Assembly: GCF_001194135.2 (NCBI RefSeq) | Contig: NC_068983.1 | Coordinates: 35,875,335 to 35,939,334 of the forward strand | Source of the DNA: Octopus bimaculoides | Lineage: Eukaryota | DNA length: 64,000 bases | Direction: 5' to 3' | Shown: one piece after another, positions 35,401 to 49,790 of the stretch | Layout: every line of letters begins with the position of its first letter | Numbering within the stretch: position 1 is the stretch's first letter | Translations under genes and position numbers: made by a program | Notes under the pieces: generated by a model | Databases searched by the model: none | Told to the model about the DNA's origin: nothing | The model's input: only the letters and a program-made list of their open reading frames with translations

Positions 35401-36554
35401 TGTTCAGACCTAGATGTTTTCACATAAATTTACAATGTCAATGAAATAGTGGGAGCTGTACACCGCCATGTACAAGAGTGTTAAGACGAAACTAGTATTT
35501 ATGTTGAACAGTCTGATCTTTATATTGGATTCCAGCTGATAATAAACCCTGCTTAATCAAGTCCAAAACTTATTAAGAACTAACACTGCCACAGTTTACA
35601 GTTTGATTTGTATAGGGTCTGGGAATGGGGCAGGAATGGAGGTGGTAAGATCAAAGAAAATAATGAAAAAAAGTGATTTATCCAAAAGAAAATAAAGATA
35701 ACAATAATAATAATAAAAGAAACAAATTAGATGAGATGAATAACGACTACAGATCAAAATAGAATTAGTATGTGTTGTAAGAGATTAGGGAGATGATATA
35801 TTTAACTAGCAAAGATAATGACTGTATAGGGACTCTATTTCATGGACAATATCCTATAGAGAGGAGTAGTGTGCATCAGAAGGAGAAATTTTTCTATTGC
35901 AAATTGACTGAAAATACAGCAGTGATCTCATCATTTAAGTATCTGCATGCTTCTACTGTTGTTTTCAAGTAGCATAATGCTATGGGAAAGTGAGCTCTCA
36001 CGTTCTACAAATAAATCAGTTACACAAATGTGACAGTTGCCTAAAATTTAACTGTCATTTCTGATCTATAGTAACATGTCTCGAAATTGTACCAATCTGC
36101 TCGATATCCTGTTAAAAAAGAAAAAGGGGGGTTTCGTAGCTGAGTTGTTAATGCTGCAGCAAGCCAAGGTCTTCTATCATTTGAATCACTGCCATATCAA
36201 ATATTTTAATTCTTAGAACAATACAAAGTTAAAAATCAGATGACTGAGGTATGATAAATGATCCAATAATAATACTGTACTTATAACGAAATATAAGAAA
36301 CTATCATATTGGCCACAAACATATTATTACTTTGTTGGTTGTTTGAAAACTACTGGCACTATGAATACTATTCCAACACTATTAAATGAAGCTGACACCA
36401 CAACTGTGTGAGTTTTCTAAAGTACATCAGAATAGAAAGAATGTTTACAGATGCAGAATGGCAATTATTTGAAATATAATTGATTATCATAGGCACAAGG
36501 GCTCAAATTTACGAGATTGGTATAATCAATTATATTAACACCAATACTTGACTT

Positions 36555-36766
36555 ACTCTTTTACACATTTCAGTCATTTGACTGTGGCCATGCTGGAGCA
36601 CTGCTTTTAGTCAAAGAAATCGATCTCAGGACTCATTCTTTGTAAGCCTAGTACTTATTGATCTCTTTTGCCAAACCGCTAAGTTTCAGGGACATAAACA
36701 CACCAATATCAGTTATCAAGCAATGGTGGTGGGGACAAACACAGACAGAAAGACACACACACATAA

Positions 36767-36848
<82 letters not shown>

Positions 36849-37008
36849 ATGACAGGCTTCTTTCAGTTTCTATCTACCAAATCCACTCATAAGGCTTTGG
36901 TTGGGCCTAGACTATAGTAGAAAACACTTGCTCAAGGTGCCACGCAGTGGGACTGAACCCAGAATCATGTGGTTAGGAAGCAAGCTTCTTACCACACAAC
37001 CACACCTG
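36555..37008 (-). mobile_element. SINE family A with long internal (GT)n
   Basis: Full-length alignment. Confidence 0.88.
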
Positions 37009-37299
37009 TACTTATTTTACTAACTCCACAGGATTAATGTCAAAGCTGACCACAAGAGAATTTCTTGAAATTACTTTTCAATAGATACAAACAATTACCA
37101 TTAATTTGGGTTTATTTCCCTCCACCTAAGAGGGGGATTTCAATTAATTGAGAATTTTTTGCATACATCATTCAGTACATCACCCTATAATTCATTTATC
37201 TAGTCATACCATTAGCTTACTTGAGTTATTACCCTTAGTTCATTTTCTTTCTCTTTTTTTATTTGTAATTATGTAAATTACTACTGGATTATGCGAGAA

Positions 37300-37482
37300 A
37301 AAAATGCTTAGCAACATTTCATGCGTCTTTACATTGAGTTCAAATTCCACTGAGATCAACTTTGTCTTTCATCTTTTCAGGGTTGATAAAATAAGTACCA
37401 GTTGTGCACTGGGTGGCATGTAATCAACTTATGCCCTTCCCCTAAATTGCTGGCCTTGTGCCAAAATTTGAAATTAATATTT
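37300..37482 (+). mobile_element. SINE family C (another copy at 38706-38925)
   Basis: GAGTTCAAATTCC..TTTCATC..GATAAAATAAGTACCAGTTG..GGCCTTGTGCCAAAATTTGAAA. Confidence 0.8.
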
Positions 37483-37619
37483 TTCGATGTCTAAAATCAT
37501 TTTTCAATAGATCAAAGCAGGTTTCAGTAGACTATATGATACTGATGAGGTTCAATAAGGACTAAATATGCCTGTAATTATCCCCCTTGTCAACAAATAA
37601 AGATTAGACTTCTTTCTAA

Positions 37620-37860
37620 GTATGTGATTAGAATGTTGCAGGAAGGAATTACAGGACAGATTATTCAAGCCAAGCCAACTGACAGGAGATCTAGAGGTAG
37701 ACTAAGAACAATATGGCTGAATAATATCCATAGATTCAGTTGGCCACGCTTAGGAATCCAGCTGGAGAGTTTAAGGATGGTTGCTTCTGATAAGACCCTA
37801 TAGAGGAGGCATTTGGGAACTCTACCCTAACAACCCTCCCAGGAATGGAGAAAATGAATA
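37620..37860 (+). mobile_element. Second RTE-clade lineage (Expander/Rex3-like) ORF C-terminus, degraded
   Basis: RRSRGRLRTIWLNNIHRFSWPRLGIQLESLRMVASDKTL*RRHLGTLP resembles the RGRPRTRW..W.RLGI..L..VA..W..L..LP terminus of Expander/Rex3 ORFs (from memory). Confidence 0.6.
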
Positions 37861-40231
37861 AATGGATGAATTTCATGAAGTCATCTTCCCTTTTCTTCAA
37901 GACCTGCTATAACACCTGATACTATGATTCTCTTTCTCCAAGAGAAATATTTCAATTAATTTTTTTTTTTTTAATATGTTATTCAGGATATCATTCCTAA
38001 ACTTATCTATATATAATACATCTATCAATTGAACATTCAACAAGTGATTGAGCTCTGGATAAGAACTTTTACTGTGAATGAAATTTAAATAAATTAACAT
38101 ATTAAGAGATAAAGCTTGCAAACAAGGCAATTTTACATATACAAAAAAATAAATAAATAAATGAAAATGCTTCATTTGTGTAATAGCAATGGAGCAAATA
38201 AACACCAAAAAACAGAGAAATATAAATGTAATTACAAAATATATTAGACTTGACAGTCAAAGGAAGAAGAGAAAAAGGTTGAAAAGAAAGACGGTGTACA
38301 GAGAAAAGAGAGGGAAGTGAATAGAAATAGTGAGGAGGAGTGAGTATAGATAGTGTGGAAGAGATGAGGAGAGAAATATTAAAAGAATAGAGAGAGGGGG
38401 GAAAACAAGGAAGGTGAGAAAGAAAGAACGAGAAAGATTGAAAATGAGAGAGGGTGGGAGGGAGGGAAAGAGTAAGTAGAGAAAGTAAGTTAAGAAAGAG
38501 AAGGGAGACAATACAAAAGGAAAAAAAAAGATAACAGGTGGCGAGAGTGGAGAAAATGTGAGAAAAGAGAGTTTGATAATTGTGATGGTAATGTTGATAG
38601 TGTAGCAATAATGAAGATAATAGTGGTGGTGGCAATGATGATGATGGTGATGGTAGTGGCATTGTTGATGACAATCCTGTCTTTATTATTCAGAAACATT
38701 ACAAGATGGCAAGCTAGCAGAATCATTAGCACCCCAGAGAAAATGCTTAATGGAATTTCTTCCAGTTCTTAACATTCTGAGCTCAAATTCTGCTTGGATC
38801 AACAGTGCCTTTTATCCTTTCAGGGTCATTGAAATAAGTACCAGTTGAGTACTGGGATTGGTGTAATTTACTTAGCACCTCCTCAGAAACTGCTGGCTTT
38901 GTGCCAAAATTTGAAACCATTATTGAGGAATATTATGTATGCATGATCCTCAAGCCTTACATACAATATAAAACATGTCTATACAAAAGGAATTACAAAA
39001 CATGCATGTGTGTGTGTATACACAAACACACACACATACATAATACAGAGGTGTGGGGGAACAATATAATGTATTGCTCTAAGTGAATATATTAAGTTAG
39101 AAAACAAATATAAAGACCATCCAACTACACAAGAGGGAGAAGCTTCCACCTAAATAAGATCAGGGCACCCAATAGTAGACTGCTTCTCAGCTGCAAAATG
39201 GGTCCCCTGAAATTGCTCACAAACATTTCCAGCCTTAACCATAAGGAGCACTACTATCTCTGGGCCATGATAACTCAGCTGTTAACAGACTACAAATGTG
39301 GTCTTTAAGAACTATCTATCAATGAGGGCAGTGTTTTTCATATGGCAGTAGGGATATGAGAATTGAAAAAGGAATAGAAAAACTGCCACGTTTAATAAAA
39401 TTACATGGTTTAAAACATTTTAAACCTGTGCAGCACCATAACAAAGAAAAGAATTATAGAGATGCAAACTTTATTGTCTCGTCATTAATAAAGGTAGCAG
39501 GGTCACAAATTTTCCTAATATTTTGGGGAAAGGGACAGATATTTGTCAGTTTGAGAACCATTGATCTTGGAGTCCTGAGACTTGTCCTCTCCACCACAAT
39601 CTTTTCAGTCAATGCAGTATTTTATTTATCCTCTCATAGGGTCAGCATTAAATAAAGTAGGACAGCATTCTGCCTTAGAATTAATTTAAAGTTCAGGTAT
39701 TCTGTAAGTGTAGAGACCGCTACTGAAGAACTTCCAACTGCCTGAGCTAATTTTTTTCTTTTGCATTTTCTTTCTTCCCCATCATTGAAAGGCAGCTTGG
39801 GGCAGCTCCTGTTCTAGAGGAGGGACCCTCTTTTGGATTCTTAGTCAGTGCCATACTCAGGTGTTGGTGACACTAAAGATGAGCATTTTTTTATATCATT
39901 GTCCGCATTTTTTTTTTCTAAATTTCAGTCTGTTTTAAAATAATTTAGAGGCATTTATGTTTACATTATTGAGGCCACCACTTCAATAATGTGTGGAAAG
40001 TATCTTCTCACTACTCATGACGCCATTTTGAACCACAAATAATGATATAATGGCCACTAGCCAAATATATATATATAGGCAGCTATAAATATTTTTAAAA
40101 AGAAGCAAATCTTTCTTCTACCACATATAATGTAGTTGACCCTCAAATAATCCAAAAGACTTCAGTTAATAAAAATGGAACAAATCAAAAAACAAACAAA
40201 AAAAACTTTCTCCATAATTGCATAGGAATTC

Positions 40232-40577
40232 ATTGTTAAGAAATCATGTTGTTTTGGGTTGAGACCCATTGCATAGGACCTTCAGCAAGTATCTTCCATT
40301 ATAGTTCCAGACCAACCAATGCCTTGTTAGTGAATTTAGTAGAGAGAAACTGTACAGAAACCTGTCGTGTGTGTGTATGCACACATGTGCACGAGTCTCT
40401 TACCACTTGACCACCAGTATTGGTTTATGTCCTCTTAGTGATTTGGCAAAAAGAAATCGATAGAATACCAGGTTTTAACAAATAGGTACTGAGGTTAATT
40501 TGATTGGCTAAATCCATCAAAGCAGTGCTCTGGTATGGCCACAGTCCAATGAATGAAACAAGTAAAAGAGTAAAGGA
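40232..40577 (+). mobile_element. SINE family A, diverged (another on - strand at 41190-41505)
   Basis: Head, body and GAAACAAGTAAAAGAGTAAA tail. Confidence 0.75.
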
Positions 40578-42634
40578 ATAGAAGAATTGGTTAAAAAAAA
40601 ATTACTTTTATGTCCAGTTCTGAGACAGACATTTGTTTGCTTTAACAAATAATAGAATTGTTGATAGGTCAAATGATTTAACATTTTTGAAATTGGATTT
40701 AACTGAAGCAAGTTAAGCATGAAGTAAATTTAAGAATCTATAAATAATAAATCCAACGTTTCACCGTAGTCAGAGTTGACATTGCAATTCAGTTTCAGAT
40801 AAATGATTGAAAATAAATATAAAATTAAAATATAAGAAAACATAGGAAAAAAAAAACCGAAATAAAATTATAAAATATTTGTTTTCCCATTTGAAATATG
40901 AAGAAATTTAAGATGTCTCTGACAATCTTTAACTCATTTAATGGTTTCTCACATTGGAATAAGGCCAGAAATTGTAGGATTGGGATAGAGGGACATGGTA
41001 GATTGTATCAGCTCCTTCTCTCATCATCCACCCACACACATTACAAATACATGGCTACTATTTATTCTTATCCCTCATAGAAAATAATGTAAATTTGACC
41101 CTATCAAAATTGTGATTCACAGAACAGGGCAACGGAACTCATTACTGCCATGTGATCTACTTTGGCAATGAATCACTTCTGTTATCATGCTTTTATTCTT
41201 TTATTCCTATCAGTCTTTGGACAATAGCCAGGCTGGGGCACAGTTACGATGGATTTTAATCAAATGAATCGACCCTAGTACTTTTTTTTTTTAAGCCTTG
41301 TGTTTATTCTGTTGGTCTCTTTTGCAGAACTGCTAAATTACAGGAACATACACAAACCACCTCTGGTTGTCAAACAATAGCAGGGAACAAAATTCAAAGA
41401 TTCACATACACAGATATATACACATATGTGACAGGCTTCTTTCAGTTTCCATCTTCCAATTCCACTCACAAGGCTTTGGTTGACCCGAGGTTATAGCAGT
41501 AGACATTATGCACAGGCTGAATGCCTGAAAGAAAAGGGGGGGGGGAGTTAACTGACTGACCAATATATTACTGGTTGGTACAATAATATACACCCAGTCT
41601 ATGCTAAAAAGTGATTTTCTTACATTGGTTTGGTTTGAAGTAAAGGTCTGATGAATGCTGTTATCTGCGCAGGACAAGGCATTGTTGAAAGAGGCAAATA
41701 GGCTATTGGTGTGTAGGAGGAAGAGTTAGAGGCACAAAACTGAATTTTTGAATATATCATAGTTGACAAGCTGTAGGTTAGAGAGAGTTTGAAAAGCCAG
41801 TAAAAGTACGCCACTAGTGTTTATTCATAGATAAACATACATAATTATTGTGTTGGCAGTATTTGAGTTCTATTTGCAGTTGTGTCATCTCAGACATTAC
41901 TTTAAAATTTGTTGTAATTAGAGATCTATGTGTAAAAACCATACAAAAAGGCAAGAAAGAACAGAGAAGATATGGCCTTTGTAAACCACAATTAGAACGT
42001 TCTGCTTAAGAGAGCAGTAATGAAGGGCAACTCAATACAGAATAGAGGAGAGTCTTTATTCTTGCAGCAAACTTCTCTAGTGTTAGTGGGCTGATAAAAT
42101 GCACCCAGTCCATGCTGAAAAGAGATTGGCTAATAGGAAGGGAGTCTAATCATAAAAACAATGTCATAAATAGTACTGAAGCTGATAGTGAGATGCTGTG
42201 ACAGACCCATCCAATTCATGTCTTTAAAGTGGTGAAAGACAAATTCAACTACAATAACGTTTGATCTTCAAGTATTAAAAGTTATACTAAAATGTGGTAT
42301 TCGGTCTGATGCTCCACCATTTCTACTACTCTACTGAACTAATGTCAAGAGAAAGGAAATATTTTTTGTAATCTAATAATAATTTCTTACACTGTATCAC
42401 TACAACAAATTTAGAATGAAGACTGATTCATTTCTCAATTGATTTATTTGGCTTCAACCAGGAATCAATACTGGGTCACTCACATACCGCACCAAGAGTA
42501 TAGTTTGTGCTTCTCTCAAGTTAATAAAACTCCTTCAGCTTGGTTGCACAAGCTACTAGAAACGGTAACCAAATCACACTCTATTGTCTTTGTTTTATAT
42601 CTCTTGTCACAGATTGGTGTGTATAAAATTAGAT

Positions 42635-43573
42635 AGCGGAGATTTAACCAATGTGTTCACACAACGTACTTCGTGAGACTACCAAAACACTCTCTCCAAC
42701 TACTACTGACCGCTACTCTTTATGAGAGTTCGGCTAGTCCATTCTTCCAATCTGCCAGGGGTGTCAATGACTCTTTCCACAACATCTCCCTCTTTGAGAC
42801 TGACTTCCGTTGAAGTTAATATTATTATCTATTTTTACTTCATCACTTTTATATCCTGACGACTCATTGCCAAATGTAACGTAATTGTTACCTGACACTT
42901 AGGTAGTATTGTTCATTTTGCACATAGCACTCTTGTTTTTCATTGTATTAAGCACTCTTTTAGCACTTGTTTTGTGCTCAAATGGACTTTAGTGCAATTT
43001 TTTAACCCCAAGAAAGACATCTCCTCTAGCTGGTTAACACAGCACAGCTGCATCCGATAAATTTTGAGCAGGGGAACCAAACTCTTACTACATTCTAGCG
43101 ACAGGACCAACATACAGTAATTCAAACAACTACAATGACTTACATGTTCAGTGCGAGTTCAATGCAGAACTAACACACTGACTCTTACCGGCCTCTAGCA
43201 AGACTCTTCAAAGACTTCTGCCGACTTTACATGGGACATGATAGGTATTTTACTGGTAGTACTTTGGCTGCCAAGCACGCAACCTCTACCAGCTTTCACC
43301 AATTTCCCGATGTCCCGGTGCATGCAACAGGTTGTACTGGGTTACATGTTACCAGTAATGCCCCAAAAAAGTGACCTGACCAATGCGACAAGTTGTACTG
43401 GGTTACACACAAGAGTGACCTGACCTTGACACATGTTGGATTAATGAAGCAGAGGTTTAATCGTGTTCACATGACATACTTTGTGAGACTACCAAAACAC
43501 TCTCTCTGACTACTACTCTTTATAAGAGTTCGGCTAGTCCATTCTTCCAATCTGCCAGGGGTGTCAATAACTC
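42635..43573. repeat. Unclassified element bounded by ~130 bp direct repeats (42635-42773, 43448-43573)
   Basis: GTGAGACTACCAAAACACTCTCT..AGAGTTCGGCTAGTCCATTCTTCCAATCTGCCAGGGGTGTCAAT.ACTC occurs twice, ~810 bp apart. Confidence 0.8.
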
Positions 43574-44653
43574 ACCACAACACTTTGAAACCAGAAAACA
43601 CATTGGACAATGCAGTCCTAGACACACAAAAGACAGGATAGTTATAGTAAGATTGCTTTTGGTCATAGATTTGCTGAATCAGTGCTGACCTATGGCTAAA
43701 CAACAAGTTCCTGCTTCAGTGCTTACCACTTATTATTTAATGACAGAATTAACAAAGACACAAAGTATCCAGGTAGGTTTTATAACCTAGAGTTCAAAAT
43801 AAAGCTTTTACCTTTTATCTTGCTTGAATTAGTGAATAAGTTCCAGAAAGTTATTGGAGATGATTCAATTAGACCTGGTAATTCAATAACCTCTTATATT
43901 ACAAAACAAAAGATGACCTTGTACCCAGTCAAAAGAAAATCTATAGCGACAACTAAAGTACTCCATTCTTCATTAGAAAAGACATTTTAATTATGAAGAT
44001 TAAAACAAGACATTACAGTATGTTTATAAATCGTGCAGAACTAAGAATTCAGACAGTTAACCAGTTTCAAATCAAATAATCAGTCACATTAAAATAACAA
44101 CAATGCTCTCACACTGACTGCCTTCAGGTAGTAGCAATAGTTACGTAAGCTTATTACCACAGCTTTTTCTGCTCCTGTTGCTTACTTCACATTATGTTAA
44201 TAACTCAACTATGAGTTAGCTGTCCAACTGGTTCACTTCAAGTGGTAGATACAGCTACTGAGGAACTAAATTCAGTTTTGCTTGAGTAGAATTATATTAT
44301 TGAAGTAGTCAAACATATGAATGGCACAATACATGTTAATTCAATATATATTGTGTGTCAGTCTACTCTCTGTCATATTACTATCCAGGCTGATATGAAG
44401 GTATTGGCTGTGCATGTAGAGAGAGTGAACCAACCAGAGCATGCATGCTACATGTGTTTTGCCAATTAGCTAGTTTTTATATGTTCAAAGGCTTTGGTTG
44501 GGTTTACAGCAAAAATAACAAGATAGATTTGACCATTGCCCACAATAGCTTCAATAACTTAAAAACTCAATGAACATGGTTGGTAACTGAGAAAGGAGCT
44601 TGAAACAAAATGTGGAAGTTGATATTGCAATATGTATGTTTCAAGTTTGCCAT

Positions 44654-44746
<93 letters not shown>

Positions 44747-44795
44747 TGTGTGTGTGTGTGTGTGTGTGCGTGCGTGCGCGTGCGTGTGCGTGCAT
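44654..44795. repeat. Compound microsatellite (GA)n(GT)n(GCGT)n
   Basis: Direct observation. Confidence 0.95.
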
Positions 44796-46977
44796 GTTTG
44801 AAGTGCTATTCTAATATTGTTCTGATGCGTCACGGTTTTTAAGGGTGATAAGACATATTGCAGAAGTTAAGTGGATTAGTACAGAATGCAACCATTAACT
44901 GTGGCCCATTGCATATCTAAAGAGTTTTTCATTTCATTTGATAGTGCTATAGAATTCTGGCCTTACACCCATATATGACAATGAATATATATATATGTTA
45001 AAATGTTCCAATTATATATAATTTAGCCGTTTAATAAATTGCAAACAGTTAATTTACTTGTCATAAGTAGAATATATTAAATTATCATTTTATGATTTTT
45101 TGAGAGGATATCTCGCACACCCAGCATTCTCTAAATATATGCTTTTGCTACTTTCTTCAATTTTCGTGATCATGTACTTAGCTTTAGAAAGATCATCTAT
45201 TAATAAAGTCATTTACTGCAATAATTCACATGGAAATACTCATAATTTACAAAACTAACATCTCACCCATATTAGCATGACAAAACGGATTTAAAAGCCA
45301 TAAAAGGAAAAAGATGTAATTTGTGAATACAAAATTCAAGTAGGAGAATTAAAAAATAAATTTTAAGGACCAAAGTGCATGATTTGCTACTTCTGGTAAC
45401 TGAGCCAACTGCAAATGGTATTTTTATTCCTAGTTTTTCTAGCTGAAAAATGCCTCCCCACAGTCATTATTCTCATAACTTGACTGCTTCTTATGTTTTT
45501 GATGATTTGAATCTTATGCTCAATTACCATTTGAAAGTGAACTCATCCTCTGTCACAGCACTCTTAATACTCCTAATAGTGAAAAACCTGTTGGTCTCCA
45601 CTTAAAACTGAAAATTAATGTAAGGAAATTGTACTTTAACAGATTTCTAAATAGTTCAGAATAAATATTGGTGAATATTTAAATTAGAATAAATACATCA
45701 TCACTTTATCTCTCAGCAGCATAAAAATCCCCCTTGCAAAACATGTCCATTATGTATTTTTCATTATCTTGGTTTTTAATAACATGGAATCCTCTACTCT
45801 TACACATTTTATGCATTTCAATTACAGCAACAGAAAATTGAATCTAATATGAAAAGAATTTTCAGTTTTCAAAAAACTGTGCTTCTAAGAATACTGTCCT
45901 TTTCAAAAGGAACTTACTATACAGTCTCTTCCTATTTAACTTTTACCTTATGTTATTAAAAATTCTTGCTGAAGTGTAAATTAATTAATATGGAAATATT
46001 CTCTGAAATGAGCAATAAGTTTTGAATATATTTTTAATAAATTCTCAATCAATACAAATGAAAAAAAAAAAAAAATGAACAGATTTGTTGATGCTGTCAT
46101 CATTATCCAACCCCAGATCAGCCCTGATCAAGCAGGTCTATAATCAAAGGAATAGATTCTAGCTATGACCATTCTGTTGTCTTCATATGTGCATGAAACA
46201 CAGAACTACATTAATGTATTTTTGTGGTAACAATGCCACTCTCTCCTTTCCCTAGCCTTGAAGTGACCTAGGGTCCTTGTTTGGGGTGATTTGGAATAAA
46301 AATTGAAAATATTTGGCAAGTATGGTGAAACCTGTGCAGTGCTGAGGAGACCTATCAAGATGGAAACATTCAGAGCTATTTTCTTCCACATACTTGTTGA
46401 ATGATTAAAGTAACTTTAATCACTCAGCTATTGTCTTTTCCTCTCCATTTAAGTTCTTTAATATTTGTTTTTCATCTTTAATTCAAAATCACTCCCAAAG
46501 AAGAGATGTATCACTAAGTAAATATACAACAGTATACAAGGGTCGATGTGAAATATTAGCATATTTAAAAATATATATCACTCCAGTTAAATACTGAAAT
46601 CCCATAGGAAACGTACTGTAGTGTAGCAGAGATGTAGCAAAGATACAAGCAGTATAAGACATACAGCAAAAACCATTTTGGTGCCTTGTGCAGATGTAAT
46701 AAAACCATTATTTGATTATTTACTACAAAGCAAAACATATCACTTCAGCTTTTATAGAAAAAAATGTTATGCTTCAGATAATATGTAAGCTCAAGTTATC
46801 TATAAGACTTAGTAGTGCAAAACAAATATCAAAGAGGATACATGGCTACCTATCCCTTCATATTAATTCTGAAGATGCATGCACAATCTAGACTACTTAC
46901 ATAAGCTATGGTTGTTGTTTAGCCCAAGGTTAGTCCTGATAAAGCAGACTCCTGATCAAAGGCATTCCATGGTGATG

Positions 46978-47545
46978 GGGTTGCAGCATAGCTGTGTGGT
47001 TGAGGAGCTTACTTCTTAACCATGTGATTTCAGGTTCAGTCCCACAGTATGGCACTTTGGTCGAGTGTCTTCTATTATGGCCCAAGGCTAACAAAAGCCA
47101 ATGGGGAAATATTACTTTACTTGAAGACAGATAGGGTTGGTAAATAGGAACGGTATCCAACTACATAAAATCTGCTTCAACAAATTTCGTCTAACCCATG
47201 CAAGCATAGAAAAGCAGATATTAAAACAACAATGATGACTATATCATCATCATCATTTAACGTCCGCTTTCCATGCTAGCATGGGTTGGACAATTTGACT
47301 GAGGACTGGCAAGCCAGAAGGCTGCACTAGGCTCCAATCTGATCTGGCAGAGTTTCTACAGCTGGATGCCCTTCCTAACATTCTTCCTTAATGTCTTATC
47401 TGCATGCTAGCATGGATTGGACAGTTTGACAAGAGCTAGCCAACCAGAAAGTTGCACCAGGCTTCAATTATCTGTTTTTGCATGGTTTCTACAGCTGACT
47501 GCCCTTCCTAATGCCAACCACTTCACTGAGTGTACTGAGTGCCTT
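46978..47545. mobile_element. SINE D (+, 46978-47240) tail-to-tail with two RTE 3' ends (-, 47244-47379 and 47392-47545)
   Basis: A-type head, RTE-type tail, shared GAT/CAT repeat junction, two successive terminal domains. Confidence 0.75.
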
Positions 47546-47681
47546 CTGCGCAACACCAGCACACACACACACACACACACAACTTATCTGACACATCCTT
47601 TCTTTTATAACTTAGTAAAGTGTGAGTTAAGGGAGATTAGTCTGCTGCCTCCACCAGACCAGTTCTCACAAAGTTGGTATA

Positions 47682-47724
<43 letters not shown>

Positions 47725-47999
47725 TATCCATGATGTGCTGTTGAAAGTATGTGTTATATGTGTGAGTACACATGTCTGTACTCATTTGTGTATGAGCACA
47801 TGCGCATTTGTACCCATGTCTGTGTGTATTTGCATGCGTGTGAAATGTTATCATTTACATATTTTTCCAAATATTTTACAAATGCAGAAAAAAAAATAAT
47901 AAAAAAAATAATTTTCGATTCACAATTTCTGCAGAAGTTTTATTTACATTGGTATTATTTTATCAGTGATGTTGATGATGATAATGTAGTAGTATAGTA

Positions 48000-48430
48000 G
48001 TAGTAGTAGTAGTAGTAGTAGCAGCAGAAGAAGGATGTCATAGTTGCAACAGTGCAACAGGAGTAATAGTAGTGTGGTGGTGGTGGTGGTGGTGGTGGTG
48101 GTGGTTTTTAGAGTAGTAGGTTTGCTTGAAAGAGGAGTACCAGCAGAGGTGTCTAAAGTATTGGCACAGGTGGTAGCGATAACAGTACTGACTGGAAGTA
48201 GGGTATAGTAGAAACACTAATAGTGTTGTCTGTTACTGTAGCAGCCATAGCATTGGTGGTGGTTGCAGTTGTAGCACTTGTAGTGTTAACAGTGTTAGTG
48301 ATTGCAGAAGTAACATTAGCAACAGTAGTGGTGGTGGTGGTGATTGAAATAGTGTTTAGAGAATTGTTAGTAGTTGTTGTTTTAGTATTAATAATAGTGA
48401 TAGTTGCAGTACTAGTAGTAACATTGGCAG
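48000..48430. repeat. Decayed (GTA)/(GTG)/(GCA) trinucleotide tract
   Basis: Pure runs at 47990-48105 grading into a degenerate triplet sequence. Confidence 0.8.
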
Positions 48431-49435
48431 CCTTTTGCTTGTTTTGCATTAAGAAAGACATAGATGTGAGTTTTATAGATTAAGTTGATTAACAAAACTC
48501 AATTAGTAGAATCTACTCAGCTAAGGCAACAATACAATAAAGTCAATAAGTCAGGTGCAGCAAGTCATTACCTTAAGAATAAAATAGAATGTTTTGTTGT
48601 GTCTGAGGAGAGTTATTCTCTTTTAGTGCCTTATTATTTAACACACTCACCAGTAAAGTTTCCATTCATTTACTAATTTATTTTTCTTAAAATTTTCATT
48701 GCATCTTGCAACCTTTTCAATCTTGCAAAGCAAATCCAAAAGCAAAATAAAATAGAATTTATCAATCAAGGAATCAGAACATTGTATGGAAATATCTTCA
48801 CTTTGAGACCAAACTTCCTGAACTCAGCTCAGGAAGGAAGCTTCTATGTTTTCAGTCGACCTACTAGAATTAGCAAGCAAATCTCCTCAAATTACCCTTG
48901 CTGTCTTTAAAAAAGAAGGAAGAACAACACATTGGATACTGTAGTTCTAGATTTCACTATCAAGAAAAAAATAATAAAAATGCAGGATAGTTAGAGTAGT
49001 AGTACATTTGATCGGATTTGATTATGGGTTAAACAACATTCTGAGTTCAAACCAATAAGGAAGTTTTTATGTTGTCATTTGACTTGCACACAATGGTACA
49101 CAGATTTCTCTCAACAGACTCCTTCTTGTCTTTACAACTAGGTGGAATCCAACACCCTTCACGCTATAGACTTTAGTAGGAAGTTGCAGACACAGAGAGA
49201 CAATTAAATGAAACAGTTCAACCTGTTTCATTTAACCTTTTAAATCTTCTCTAGATGACAACTTACCATTGCAGTTCTATCTAATACAAGTCACTCAATG
49301 ATAATGAAACAACAAAAGAGACTCAATATGCTTGCTTGACCTGCAATAAACAGCAGCCAAATCTTCCACAAATCATGCACTACCATTGTCAAAAAGGGAA
49401 TGCATTTTAGTTAATGCAGTTAAAGCAACAGAACA

Positions 49436-49790
49436 TCTTCATCATCATCATCATCATCATCATTGTTTAACATCCACTTTCCATGCTAGCATGGGTTGGA
49501 CGATTTGACTGGGGACTGGTGAAACCAGATGGCTACACCAGGCTCCAATCTGATTTGGCAGAGTTTCTACAGCTGGATGCCCTTCCTAACGCCAACCACT
49601 CCGAGAGTGTAGCAGGTGCTTTTACGTGCCACCGGCACGAAGGCCAGTCAGGCAGTACTGGTAACGGCCACGCTCGAAATGGTGTATTTTACGTGCCACC
49701 TGCTCAGGAGCCAGTCCAGCGGCACTGGCAACGATCTCGATTCGAATGTCTTTTCATGTGCCACTGGCACAAGTGCCAGGAAGGTGACAC
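49436..49790 (-). mobile_element. RTE LINE 3' end with 3-4 UTR repeat units, young
   Basis: (CAT)n tail, terminal domain, repeat units. Confidence 0.9.

Noticed and set aside
38102-38674. 190 aa Leu/Ser/Phe-rich ORF (also 1480..1806)
   Set aside because: Antisense reading of a polypurine tract; compositional artefact.
39329-39563. Possible hAT/Charlie-like MITE (CAGTGTTTTTCA ... TGAGAACCATTG)
   Set aside because: TIR match only 9/12, no 8 bp TSD (AATGAGGG vs ATCTTGGA), no second copy in the window.
45067-45245. Protein-like open frames on both strands (YMLLLLSSIFVIMYLAL on +; MTLLIDDLSKAKY on -)
   Set aside because: Short, no consistent splice pair, no recognisable motif.
48153-48461. Thr-rich mucin-like ORF with N-X-T sequons
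   Set aside because: Continuous with pure (GTA)/(GTG) microsatellites; no signal peptide or clear splice context; explained by triplet-repeat decay.
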